Part shown: piece after piece, positions 1-9,572 of the stretch | Numbering within the stretch: the stretch's first letter is position 1 | Layout of the letters: every line of letters begins with the position of its first letter | NCBI GenBank assembly: GCA_000092065.1 | Contig: CP000593.1 | Strand: one strand, 5' to 3' | DNA length: 64,000 bases | From: Ostreococcus lucimarinus | Taxonomy: Eukaryota | Notes under the pieces: model-generated | The model's input: the letters and a program-made list of their open reading frames with translations, nothing else | Database searches by the model: none | What the model was told of the DNA's origin: nothing | Translations under genes and position numbers: made by a program

Positions 1-126
1 CCCTAAACCCTAAACCCTAAACCCTAAACCCTAAACCCTAAACCCTAAACCCTAAACCCTAAACCCTAAACCCTAAACCCTAAACCCTAAACCCTAAACC
101 CTAAACCCTAAACCCTAAACCCTAAA
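1..126. repeat. Telomeric repeat array: 18 perfect tandem copies of CCCTAAA (TTTAGGG on the other strand), i.e. the left chromosome end; two degenerate telomere-like units follow at 146-160
   Basis: Read directly: 126 nt = 18 x 7-mer with no mismatch, at the very start of the window, followed by unique sequence. The orientation (C-rich strand read 5'->3') is what is expected for a left telomere. Confidence 0.97.
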
Positions 127-399
127 AAAGTCCGGAATTCCAGTAACCCTAAACCCTAAGCATGAGGGAGGGAGGCGCTTCGGGAGAAGTGCCGTAACCG
201 ACCGACTAGCTAATACTTATTACACCTACTCCTAGGTTCTCTGGGTCGTACTGAGGCATGAAAAGTTTCGCCGTTCGGGTCGGTCGGTCGGTGTCGGTTG
301 AAAAATCCCCGCGATCGCCGCGCGCCCCGGTCGGCGTCCGTCGCCGTCGTCGGCGTCGTCGGCGTGCGTCGTCATCGCGAGACGCGCGGCGGCCTCGCG

Positions 400-434
400 A
401 TGGACGACGCGAGCGTCGAGCGCGCGGGGACGAG

Positions 435-492
<58 letters not shown>

Positions 493-1593
493 CGCGCCCC
501 GGTCGGTCTGCGCGGCAGCCTCAACATGGGGAACACGTGCTTCCTCTCGAGCATATTGCAGACGCTCGTCTCGACGGCACCGGTGGTGGAATATTTCTTG
601 CGCGAAAACCACGCGCGGCGCGCGGGGGGATGCGAGATAGACGATTGCGTGGCGTGCGCGTTCGACGAGTACGTGAGCAAGGCGTACGACGACGCGCGGG
701 TGGCGACGTCGAGCGCGCCTTCGACGGCTTCGACGGCGCTCGTGGCGGGCGAGTTGTTGTACGCGTGGTGGGTGAACGAACCATCGATGGCGAAGGAGCA
801 GCAACAGGACGCGCACGAATTTTTTCTCAGCTTTTTATCCGTGGCGCACGCGAACGTGTTGGGGAGGTCGATACGACCACGCAAGAAACGCGCCGTGGGT
901 CTCGCGGCGCTGCTTTCGCTGGAAGCCGCGTTCGGCGACGACGATGAGGACGAATACGAGCGATCGCAGAACGAAGCCGCGAAGGAGGACGCGGCGACGT
1001 GTGAATGCGTCTTTCACACCGCATTCGCGGGCGTATTGCGATCAGATATCGCGTGTGCGTCGTGCGGCGCTTCGACGACGACGCGCGAGGCGACGACGGG
1101 CGTTTCGCTCGACGTGCCTCCGGCGACGAAATCGTCGCGAGTGAGCCTGATGGAGTGCTTGAGCAATTTCACCGCCATGGAGACGATCGAAAACACGTCG
1201 CGTCGAGTGTGCTCGGCGTGCGCGGTCGTCAGCGAATCGCACGGCAAGCAGACCCGCTTTGAACGCGTTCCGAAAATCTTAAATTTTCACTTCAAGCGCT
1301 TCGAGGGCGACTTCAAGTCGATGCGCAAGAACGACATTCACGTCGACTTCCCGTTCGACCTGGACATGTCGCCTTATCACGCGCATGATTGCAAGGAAAC
1401 CAACCACGACGCCGCGTACGAGTTGTACAGCGTCGTCCAACACAGCGGAGTCCTCGAAGGTGGACATTACGTGGCGTACGTGAGGCGAGACGGTGCCTGG
1501 TTCCTGTGTGACGACGCTGTCGTGCGCGAGGCCGATGAGAACGAGGTGAAATCATCGCAGGCGTTCATGTTGTTCTATAAGTTGCGAGCGTAG
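400..1593 (+). CDS. Ubiquitin carboxyl-terminal hydrolase (UBP/USP, peptidase C19)
   Basis: Cys-box GLRGSLNMGNTCFLSSILQ and His-box GGHYVAYVRRDGAWFLCDD are present in the translation. The track ORF starts with TTG at 298; the first in-frame ATG is at 400 (MDDASVERAG). The stop TAG is at 1591-1593. There is a poly-Thr tract near the N-terminus. Confidence 0.8.
433..491 (+). repeat. (ACG)n trinucleotide tract encoding poly-Thr/poly-Asp inside the USP N-terminus
   Basis: A run of gacgacgacg... is visible directly; it gives TTTTTTTTTTATTTTTTT in the USP frame. Confidence 0.8.
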
Positions 1594-1635
1594 GCGCGTA
1601 GAAATGTAAAAACAAAGCGCAGGCGCGTAAAAGAG

Positions 1636-4600
1636 ATGAAAAGTTTTCATCGAACACAGAGCGGAGAAGCTGTCCCATCCGTCAGCCTCGCGCGCGTCAC
1701 ATCTCGGACGACGTCGCGGTCGCGTCGAGGCATGACGCGACCTCGCGCGGCGTCGCGAAGCGCGCGACGATCGTACGCGGAAAGCGAGCAAGCGTCGAGC
1801 GAGGACGACGAACACCGCGCCGACGACGCCGAGGTTGACGCCGAGGAGAAGTTTGAATCCGAGGAGGAAGAAGAGCCGCTCAAACGTCGACGACGCGCGA
1901 CGACGACGACGACGACGACGTACGGGACGACGATGGTGCGGCGCGAGAAGCGTCGATCGAGTCGTCAGGAGAACAAGCCTCGGAAAAGATACGTGGACGA
2001 CGACGACGACGATGAGTTTGTCGCCGAGCAAGACGACGACGACGACGACGAGTTCGAGGAGGAGGACGAGGAGGATTTCATCGAGGACGAGAGCGACGAC
2101 GAACCGGTGCGAAGGAGTACGCGCGCAAGAGAGCGTGTGAATAGACTCTCGCCGACATTCAAGCAGAGAAACGATGACGACGAGGAGGAAGAGCTCGAAG
2201 ACGGCGAAGAAGAGACGGACGACGACGACATCGGCGACGTCGCGAACAAAACGTACCCGAAACGCACGCGTGGTCCGCCGCCGGAACGGTTCGCGCCTCA
2301 ACGACCCGAAAGTGGTAAAGATCGCTCGAATTCCGGGCGTCCAGGATTGTTCGAACGTCGCGGTACGACGTGGAAGGATGACAGAGACAAAACGTCGTCG
2401 CGCGAGCGCTCGAGACGACAGACGTCGGGGAGGTGGATCGATGATTCTGAAGATTCGGACGACGGCGAATTTAATCTCGGTGCTGGCGCCATGGATGCGT
2501 TTAAGGCACCGCCCGCGTATCCTCTCGCGGGCGCCGGTCCATCCAGTGCCGCGCCGGGTCCAAACGTCGACGCCGAAATTACACCAGTCACCGTCGACCC
2601 CACTTTGTCCTTCTCCTCGGTCGGTGGACTGGACAAGTACGTCGACGCGCTGAAAGAGATGGTATTCTTACCGCTCTTATACCCAGAAGTCTTCGCACGC
2701 TTTAAAATGAGTCCGCCGCGGGGTGTGCTCTTATACGGCGCGCCGGGCACGGGGAAGACGCTCATCGCGCGAGCGCTCGCCGCGTCTTGCAGTCGCGCAG
2801 GCTCTGAAGTCGCGTTCTTTATGCGCAAGGGAGCTGACGTCTTGTCAAAATGGGTCGGCGAATCCGAGAGGCAGCTGCGTCTTCTGTTCGAAGAGGCACA
2901 AAAGCGGCAGCCGGCAATAATTTTTTTCGACGAACTCGACGGCTTGGCGCCCGTGCGATCGAGCAAGACTGATCAAATTCACAACTCTTTGGTGGCGACC
3001 TTACTCGCGCTCATGGATGGCTTAGATAATCGAGGTCGTGTTGTCGTTCTTGGCGCGACGAATAGAGTGGATTCCATCGACGGTGCGTTACGTCGTCCCG
3101 GGAGATTTGATCGCGAGCTGGCGTTTCCGCTTCCCGGCGTGAAGGCGCGCGGTGAAATTTTACGTATTCACACCAAGGCGTGGGAGCAGCGTCCGTCGGA
3201 AGCGCTCATCGACGACCTTGCGGCGAAGTGCGTTGGGTACTGCGGCGCCGATTTGAAAGCCTTGTGCACCGAAGCCGCGGTTCACGCCCTTCGCAGAAGA
3301 TATCCGCAAATTTACGAATCCGACGAGCGGTTGAGCATCGACCCGAAGCAAGTGATTCCGAGTCGAGCAGATTTCAGAGCAGCGCTCGCGGCAATAGTTC
3401 CCGCGTCGCATCGTGCCGCACGCACGCACGCGAGGCCGCTTACGCCTTTACAAAAGCCGCTTCTTGAGGGCGTACTGGAGGCGTGCTTGGAGAGCATTCG
3501 CAAGACGTTTCCGCCGGCGACGTTCATCACTCTCGATGGCGACGGAGAAGCTGTGGGCGTGAATTCCGGGGCCCGTCAAATCACGGATGCTGTCGCCGAG
3601 GAAGAAGACGAGGATATACTCGCGCAAGCGGCGGTGAGCGATGAGGCCGCTGGTGCGCTGCCGAGCGAATCAGCGGCGACCGCGGCGCTCGAATTTATGA
3701 GACGTCCACCTTGTCAGCGCACGGCGCTTTGCATTCACGGCGCAGAAACTAGCGGTTACAATCAGCTCACATCGGCGCTTTTACACGCGCTAGAGCAGTT
3801 TCCCGTCCACGCGATCGGCATGCCATCACTTCTCGGCGACTCTGGACGCTCGCCCGAGGAAGCTCTCGTGACTGCCATCACGGAGGCTCGCCGCGCGGCG
3901 CCGTCAATTTTGTATCTCCCAGAAATTCGACTTTGGTGGGAGAGTTCTACGCCGACGCTGCGCGCGGCGTTGACGACGCTTCTTCGCGACATCCCAGCGG
4001 ATCTCCCGGTGATGTTGATCACCACGGCGGACGTCGCCACCGTCGATGAACTCGAGGAGAGTCTTCGCGCGTCGTTCGCGTCCGTTCGCTGGAACCCCAT
4101 CGCGATGCCAACGACGTACGACGATGCATCGTTGACGAAATTCTACCGCCCGCTTTGTGATGCGGCTTTCAATATTGCACAGAGACGAGACGTCGCGGCT
4201 TCCCGCGGCGAGCTCATCGACGGCCGAGCACCGGCTTCCGCGCTCAAACGAGAAGTTCTCACTCGAGCCCCTCGCCCGACTGAAGGCAGCGGTCGAGAGG
4301 CCGTCAAACGCGGATCGCAAAAACTTTCTCAAGCCGCCATCGCGGCGGAGAATCACCTGCTCCGTCAGCAGCGCATGTTCTTGCGCGACGTCGTGACGAA
4401 GCTCTTGTACAAAAAGGCGTGGAACGTGCTCGCGGCGCCGATTAACGACGACGAGTTGCCCGGGTATTCGCAACGCGTCACCGATCCCATGGACCTCTCT
4501 ACACTTCTTTGGAAAGTAGATAGTGAGAAGTACACGACGATTGACGCCTTCCTCAAGGATGCCAATCTCATCACGAAGAGCGCTCACGAGTATTGGGGCG

Positions 4601-5265
4601 AACGCCCCGAGTCAAACGACGGGAGGCAAATGTTGAGCAAGGCCCACGCTTTAGAGGACACCATAGCGCAAATGGTATCAGCGCTCGATCCTCAGCTCGT
4701 AACGAGGTGCAACGAGATCGATCAGGCGCGAAAGGAGCGCGAGGGCAAGACGTCTGCGCACGCTTCGCCGGCAGAGGCGGCGGCTGATTCCGGCAGCGAC
4801 AGAGACAGACCCACGAGAAAACGAGACGAAGCCGCCAAGGGTGCGCCGGTTTGGCAAAATCCCGATTTCGTCAAGGACCCTGAAGCGCTGGCAAGACAAC
4901 TGAAGAGAAAGGCTCGAGAAGAGGAGGAGCGCAAGAACGGCGCGGTAGACGAGAAAGCCGCCGACGATCCGACGCCGATGGAACAAGACGCCGCAGAGGA
5001 CGTCGTCGCGGCGCAACCTCCGACGCCAGTCTCGAAACCCGGCCCGCCGGCGAAGGAAGACGCGGAAGTGGAGAAGATCAAAACTTCCGCCGTGGCCACG
5101 TTCGTTAAAGCGGCAAGGAAGAGCGGTTACGACTTCACGCGGCTTGAATCGTCGGCGAGCGACATCGCTCGAGTCGCAAACGACGCAGCGAGCAAAGTGT
5201 CGGAACGGGGTTTGCGCGCGGACGCGCTGAAGGAGGCGTTCGCGAAGCTTTACGGTGAGGCGTAA
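1636..5265 (+). CDS. ATAD2/Yta7-like AAA+ ATPase with C-terminal bromodomain
   Basis: There is a Walker A motif (GVLLYGAPGTGKTL) and a second degenerate AAA region. A bromodomain-like segment is present (…YKKAWNVLAAPINDDELPGYSQRVTDPMDLSTLLWKVDSEKYTTIDAFLKDANLITKSA). Long acidic D/E tracts are typical of ATAD2. ATG is at 1636 and the stop TAA at 5263-5265. Confidence 0.8.
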   Translation: MKSFHRTQSGEAVPSVSLARVTSRTTSRSRRGMTRPRAASRSARRSYAESEQASSEDDEHRADDAEVDAEEKFESEEEEEPLKRRRRATTTTTTTYGTTMVRREKRRSSRQENKPRKRYVDDDDDDEFVAEQDDDDDDEFEEEDEEDFIEDESDDEPVRRSTRARERVNRLSPTFKQRNDDDEEEELEDGEEETDDDDIGDVANKTYPKRTRGPPPERFAPQRPESGKDRSNSGRPGLFERRGTTWKDDRDKTSSRERSRRQTSGRWIDDSEDSDDGEFNLGAGAMDAFKAPPAYPLAGAGPSSAAPGPNVDAEITPVTVDPTLSFSSVGGLDKYVDALKEMVFLPLLYPEVFARFKMSPPRGVLLYGAPGTGKTLIARALAASCSRAGSEVAFFMRKGADVLSKWVGESERQLRLLFEEAQKRQPAIIFFDELDGLAPVRSSKTDQIHNSLVATLLALMDGLDNRGRVVVLGATNRVDSIDGALRRPGRFDRELAFPLPGVKARGEILRIHTKAWEQRPSEALIDDLAAKCVGYCGADLKALCTEAAVHALRRRYPQIYESDERLSIDPKQVIPSRADFRAALAAIVPASHRAARTHARPLTPLQKPLLEGVLEACLESIRKTFPPATFITLDGDGEAVGVNSGARQITDAVAEEEDEDILAQAAVSDEAAGALPSESAATAALEFMRRPPCQRTALCIHGAETSGYNQLTSALLHALEQFPVHAIGMPSLLGDSGRSPEEALVTAITEARRAAPSILYLPEIRLWWESSTPTLRAALTTLLRDIPADLPVMLITTADVATVDELEESLRASFASVRWNPIAMPTTYDDASLTKFYRPLCDAAFNIAQRRDVAASRGELIDGRAPASALKREVLTRAPRPTEGSGREAVKRGSQKLSQAAIAAENHLLRQQRMFLRDVVTKLLYKKAWNVLAAPINDDELPGYSQRVTDPMDLSTLLWKVDSEKYTTIDAFLKDANLITKSAHEYWGERPESNDGRQMLSKAHALEDTIAQMVSALDPQLVTRCNEIDQARKEREGKTSAHASPAEAAADSGSDRDRPTRKRDEAAKGAPVWQNPDFVKDPEALARQLKRKAREEEERKNGAVDEKAADDPTPMEQDAAEDVVAAQPPTPVSKPGPPAKEDAEVEKIKTSAVATFVKAARKSGYDFTRLESSASDIARVANDAASKVSERGLRADALKEAFAKLYGEA

Positions 5266-5331
5266 ATTCTTTTTTAATTTCATCTTGGTACACGCTAAGC
5301 TACTGTTGATATCGTCGCGTAAATTTCGTCC

Positions 5332-6105
5332 CTAAACCGTCGGGTAATAATTCTCGTCGCGGCGCGGTGGCGGGGACGGACGCGTCGGAGGCACCGTGTA
5401 CACGTACGTCGGAGGCGGCTGTTGCGCGACAACTTGCGGACCGGATCGCACACCGGCTTGCATCATCGGCGGTTGCGGCGCGGTCGTCACGCCACCCGCC
5501 ATCCGTCCCGTCGGGGCGATGCTTCCGCCGTTGTCGCGGTATCTGATTTGCACTTGCTGTTGCGTGAGCATGCACGCGCACACGCTGGCGTACGTGAGAT
5601 CCGCCAGGCAATCCACGGCGTCGGCCAATCGTTCGATATCTGGGTTTTGCGACACCATCGCGACGCAACGCAAGCAAAACGCAATTTGTTGGGTGAGCAA
5701 CATGAAGCCGATCAGACAGTTGTCGCACTGAGTGTTCATCACGCGTTGTTCGTCTTGAATCATGAAACGCGTCGTCGCCATGGCGCTCGGGAAACAGCAC
5801 ACCACCTCGCAGCACAGACACAGCTCCGGGTTCGATTGTTCGCCGCACCTCCCCGAGATACACGTGCCTCCGTTGCAGCACGTGTACTGAGACGGCCACG
5901 CCGGCCCCATTTGAAGTTTTCTCTGCCCGTACGCCGCGCACTGTCCGCAAAAGAACGCGTAACAGCAGAACCCAGGATCAGCGCACGGTGCGTTCATCAA
6001 CCCGATCTGCCATTCATTGTTATACTGCTTACGCGCCGCCGCCTGGTCGCGTTTCTTTTGACTCAACGAACGCTGCATCCGTGGTTGCTGACGTGGTGCG
6101 TACAT
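5332..6105 (-). CDS. PLAC8 (FW2.2/cell-number-regulator-like) Cys-rich family protein
   Basis: Cys-rich core (CADPGFCCYAFFCGQCAAYGQ … CLCCEVVCCFPSAMATTRFMIQDE) matches the PLAC8 CCXXXXCPC-type pattern. An ATG reverse complement is at 6103-6105. Confidence 0.6.
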   Translation of the reverse strand: MYAPRQQPRMQRSLSQKKRDQAAARKQYNNEWQIGLMNAPCADPGFCCYAFFCGQCAAYGQRKLQMGPAWPSQYTCCNGGTCISGRCGEQSNPELCLCCEVVCCFPSAMATTRFMIQDEQRVMNTQCDNCLIGFMLLTQQIAFCLRCVAMVSQNPDIERLADAVDCLADLTYASVCACMLTQQQVQIRYRDNGGSIAPTGRMAGGVTTAPQPPMMQAGVRSGPQVVAQQPPPTYVYTVPPTRPSPPPRRDENYYPTV

Positions 6106-6522
6106 GGCGCCGGTTCGACGCGCGCTGAGGGCGCGAAGCGGTCGGTTCGAGCGAGTTAATCAAACAAAAACTGTCCTCGTCTTCGCCGTGCGCGCGCGAC
6201 GACGATCGCACGCCGTCTACGCCCGCACGCCGCGCGGCAACCTCTGCGAACGCGTCAACGTTCGAACGCGCGAGGTTTTCATCAGTATTGCAAACCACAC
6301 GGACCAATCCGGCGGCGAAGACGACTTCGCGCGAAGACATCGCGCGCGGCGATGAGCGGGCGCGTCGTGCGGCGCTCAGGATGCCGCCGTCGACGACTTT
6401 GACGAGTGTGTTGTGTGTTACGGTAAGATTACACCATCCTCTCCCGGATGACGAACATCGAATCAATCAAAGCTAAATCGAAGGCGAGCTCGCCCAAACC
6501 TATATCGCGGCTACGCAAACGC

Positions 6523-6702
6523 TCAGTTGTTGAAGCGCGCGCGTCCACCAGCGCGTTGGCCTTGCGGGTTCAAAGCGGCGGCTTCCTTCTCCGCGATAGC
6601 TTGCGCCGCAGTCTTCGGCTTGCCGCCCTTCTTGTTTCTCGGCGTCGATTGCTTGCGCTTGAGAATGTCCTGCTTGTTCTCAAAGTATCTACGGCGGCGG
6701 GT
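6523..6702 (-). CDS. Mitochondrial-type ribosomal protein bS21, exon 2 of 2 (TRRRRYFENKQDILKRKQSTPRNKKGGKPKTAAQ…FNN*)
   Basis: An AG acceptor lies at plus 6703-6704. The exon continues the S21 signature RRRxYxEKxxxxRKR in phase 0. The stop TGA is at plus 6523-6525. The intron is 205 bp (6703-6907). Neither exon is reported as a single ORF in the track. Confidence 0.65.
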   Translation of the reverse strand, partial: TRRRRYFENKQDILKRKQSTPRNKKGGKPKTAAQAIAEKEAAALNPQGQRAGGRARFNN

Positions 6703-6907
6703 CTGCGTCGTCGAGTCACATCCATCATTCGTCAGTCATCGATCGTCGATCGTCATTCGCGCATGCCCATCGCGCGCTCGGGCGCGTCGTCCACCGCGGC
6801 GACGGCTCGCTCGCCTCGCGCGCCCCTCGGCGTAACCCTATTCTGGGACCTATCCGTGGACTCGTCCACTCGTCGCGCGCGCGCGTCGTCGTCGCGATCG
6901 CGCGCAC

Positions 6908-6997
6908 CTCTTGGATGTGACCGGAAGACATCACGGCCTTTCTGAATCGTCGAATCGCGCTCTCGGCGTTTTCGTTTTCACCCACAGTCACCTGCAC
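6908..6997 (-). CDS. Mitochondrial-type ribosomal protein bS21, exon 1 of 2 (MQVTVGENENAESAIRRFRKAVMSSGHIQE)
   Basis: Strong similarity to bacterial S21 and MRPS21 N-termini ([21 protein letters not shown]… / …VQEGNVESAYRTLNR…). The exon ends at a GTGCGC donor (plus 6906-6907 = ac). Confidence 0.7.
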
Positions 6998-7485
6998 GGA
7001 ACGCGCGCGTCGCTCGCGTCGTCAGTCGCGGGTCTCGAGGGGTGCCATCGCCCCGCGTCGCGCGCGCGCGCGCCGCGTCCGTCGCGCGCGCGCGCTCGAA
7101 GACGCGCGAGATATTATTTCAATCGCGCACCTCCGCTTGGAACGCGCCCTTGAACGCGAAGATGTGGGAAAATCCACCGAGAATGAACGCCATGGTCGCG
7201 ACGTCGTCGGGTTGTGCCGACGCCGAACCTCGCGCGTCGGCGCGACGGCCGCGCGAGGCGCGTGCGCGTCGATGCGCCATGTATTTATACGACATAAATC
7301 TCGTATATAATTAAATATAAGTGCGATCTAATACTCACACGAAGGCCCTCGTCCCAAACCCTAGACAGTCTAGCCAATCCGCGCGCGTCGTCGTCGCGGC
7401 GTCGTGTCGTCGCATTCGCGTGGATCTGCCTTTTTTCGAGTGTTCGCGCGAAAATATCTCGAGCGGGCGCGCGGGCGCGTTACGA

Positions 7486-7509
7486 CGTCGTGTGACGCGT
7501 CACACGACG
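7486..7509. promoter_or_regulatory. 24-bp perfect palindrome CGTCGTGTGACGCGTCACACGACG (centred on ACGCGT) in the divergent bS21 / WD40 promoter region
   Basis: Read directly; the reverse complement is identical. It is the first of three TGTGACG…CGTCACA inverted-repeat elements in this window. Confidence 0.7.
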
Positions 7510-7724
7510 ACGACCGAGGCGACGACGACGCGTGCGTCGCGCGCGTGAAGGGTTCAATCTCAACTCGCGCGCGCGACGCCGCGACGCCGCGACGCGACGC
7601 GACGCATCGCATCGCGTCCGTTTCCGCCGTTCGCGGGATACGATTGGGGAATTAATCCACGCGAACGGCCTCGCGCGACGCGCGTGACGACGTCGAGCGC
7701 GCGCGAACGCCGCGCGAGGTGAGG

Positions 7725-9371
7725 ATGACGATGCGCGCACCCGCCGCGAGCGCGATCGGGGCGATGCATCACCGAGCGTCGACGCGCGCGGCGTCAACGT
7801 CTTCGACGCGCGGCGGGAAGCCGACGCGATGTTCGAGCGCGACGTCGACGTCTCGAACGGCGTCGTGGGTCGACAGATCGGCGCGGCGCGCGAGGACGAC
7901 GAGGCGAAAAACCATCGTTCGCGATGGAGCAGAGTTCGCGAACGATTCGGGTGGGTACGAGCGGTACCTGAGCAGCGACGCCGCGGAAGGGGGCGAAGGG
8001 GACGGCGAGGACGGCGCGGCGGCGCGCGCGAAAGAAGGCGCGCAAATGTCCACGTCGTCGGCTCAGGCTCGGGAACGTGAACGTGAAGTTGGTGCCAGTT
8101 ACGACGACGAGTTCGTCGCGCTCGTGCGCGCGCGCAAGGAGGCTACGGAGGAGGAGACGAGGAAAAGGTGGAACGAAGGGGCGGCGACGCCGCGAGTGGC
8201 TTACGATCTCGGGCAGGATTACATACGCAGGGTCTCGGTGGCGTATCCGTACGCCGTAGTCGGCTCCGCGCGCGGTGATGTGGCGGTGTGCGACGTCGTC
8301 GACGCTTCCGCGCTCGCAGTGTCGCCCGCGGCGCACAAGAAGGATTGGTCCGACGTCGACGCCAGGCCGTTGGGAGAACGCGTGCTCTTGGGGGCGCACG
8401 ATGGCGGTGCGGTCACGGCGGTGGCGATCACGAAAGATGCGCCGAAGCAAGAGAAGTATGATTTCGCGCACGTCGCATCCGGAGGCCGAGACGGCGTCGT
8501 ACGACTGTACAAGGCGTGCAAGAATAGCGCCGCGCTGCACGAGCTCGGCTGCGCCAATCACGACGACGTCGTTACGGGCGTTACTTTCGCGCGAGGCTCA
8601 CTTTGGAGCGTCGCTCTCGATGGTCGTTTGTGTCGCTGGTCTCTTGCGACTTCGCACGCCAAGGTCAAGTCTGCCAAGCACGCCAAGGAGTCGCTCATCG
8701 ACGCCGACGAGTACGTCCGCGAACAGGCGCCGGCGCTCACCAAGGAAGGTGAGTGGCGTAGCGGACAACCCACGCTTTGTTTGAACGCGTGTGAAAGCTC
8801 TGGGTTGATTTCAATCGGAAACGCCGATGGATCCGCTGCGTTGCTGAGCGCGGAAGTGAGTCATACGACTATCGGCGAAACAGCCGTCGTAAACGCTTGG
8901 ATTGCTCACGAAGGCTCCACCGTCCGCGCTATCGCGCACGGCCCGAACGGGAACACCGTAGTCACTGGTGGTGGCGACGGCGTGATCCGCGTGTGGTACT
9001 TGGTCGAGGAACAAACGGTCGGTGGTTTTAGGAGCATGAACAGACAGAAACTAGGCCTCCCGCAAGTCACGCCGATTCTCGTCGCCGAACTTCGAGGACA
9101 CACCTCCGCCGTCGTGTCTCTGTCCACGGGATGCCCTGGTCGATTAGTCAGCGGCGCTCACGACGGAACGATTCGAGTGTGGGACTTGGATGTGAAGCCC
9201 CCGCCCAAAGTGGCGAACATTAAAGCCGTTCGCAGAGACGCGAGATACGCGGTTCTTGGTCACACCATTTGGCTCGGCGGTACGTACGCCGACGCCGAAC
9301 GCATCATATGCGACGGCGCGAACAATGTGTTGTTGGAGTACGACTTTTCCAACGCACCCCAGGACGTCTGA
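7725..9371 (+). CDS. WD40-repeat protein
   Basis: Multiple WD-like repeats (…HDGGAVTAVAI…GGRDGVVRLY…; …GGGDGVIRVWY…; …GAHDGTIRVWD). The track start at 7719 is GTG; the first ATG is at 7725. The stop TGA is at 9369-9371. Confidence 0.6.
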   Translation: MTMRAPAASAIGAMHHRASTRAASTSSTRGGKPTRCSSATSTSRTASWVDRSARRARTTRRKTIVRDGAEFANDSGGYERYLSSDAAEGGEGDGEDGAAARAKEGAQMSTSSAQAREREREVGASYDDEFVALVRARKEATEEETRKRWNEGAATPRVAYDLGQDYIRRVSVAYPYAVVGSARGDVAVCDVVDASALAVSPAAHKKDWSDVDARPLGERVLLGAHDGGAVTAVAITKDAPKQEKYDFAHVASGGRDGVVRLYKACKNSAALHELGCANHDDVVTGVTFARGSLWSVALDGRLCRWSLATSHAKVKSAKHAKESLIDADEYVREQAPALTKEGEWRSGQPTLCLNACESSGLISIGNADGSAALLSAEVSHTTIGETAVVNAWIAHEGSTVRAIAHGPNGNTVVTGGGDGVIRVWYLVEEQTVGGFRSMNRQKLGLPQVTPILVAELRGHTSAVVSLSTGCPGRLVSGAHDGTIRVWDLDVKPPPKVANIKAVRRDARYAVLGHTIWLGGTYADAERIICDGANNVLLEYDFSNAPQDV

Positions 9372-9572
9372 TAATACGTGATCGTCTGTTTTTTTGTTGT
9401 TTTACTACTAATCACCAGCGCTTTATGCTTGTAATACCACCCCGCTCGCCTGTTGTGCTCCGGTCACCTCTTTGTTCGCGATTCCACAGTCGCACCACCG
9501 CGCGATGGCGTCACTATCGCGACTGCGCGCGCACTCGACCGACTTTGCGGACTCGACGATCGAACGAACACG

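Noticed and set aside
232-947. Several overlapping track ORFs (232-816 minus, 258-947 plus, 372-884 minus, 521-784 minus) rich in R/P/S
   Set aside because: They are alternate-frame or antisense readings of the USP gene in GC-rich DNA. Their low-complexity Arg/Pro/Ser composition is typical of non-coding frames over GC-rich codons.
6105-6523. Possible tRNA gene (GGTTCGA-like B-box fragments at about 6112 and 6150)
   Set aside because: There is no matching A-box, acceptor-stem complementarity or TCC of the B-box consensus, so I could not assemble a cloverleaf.
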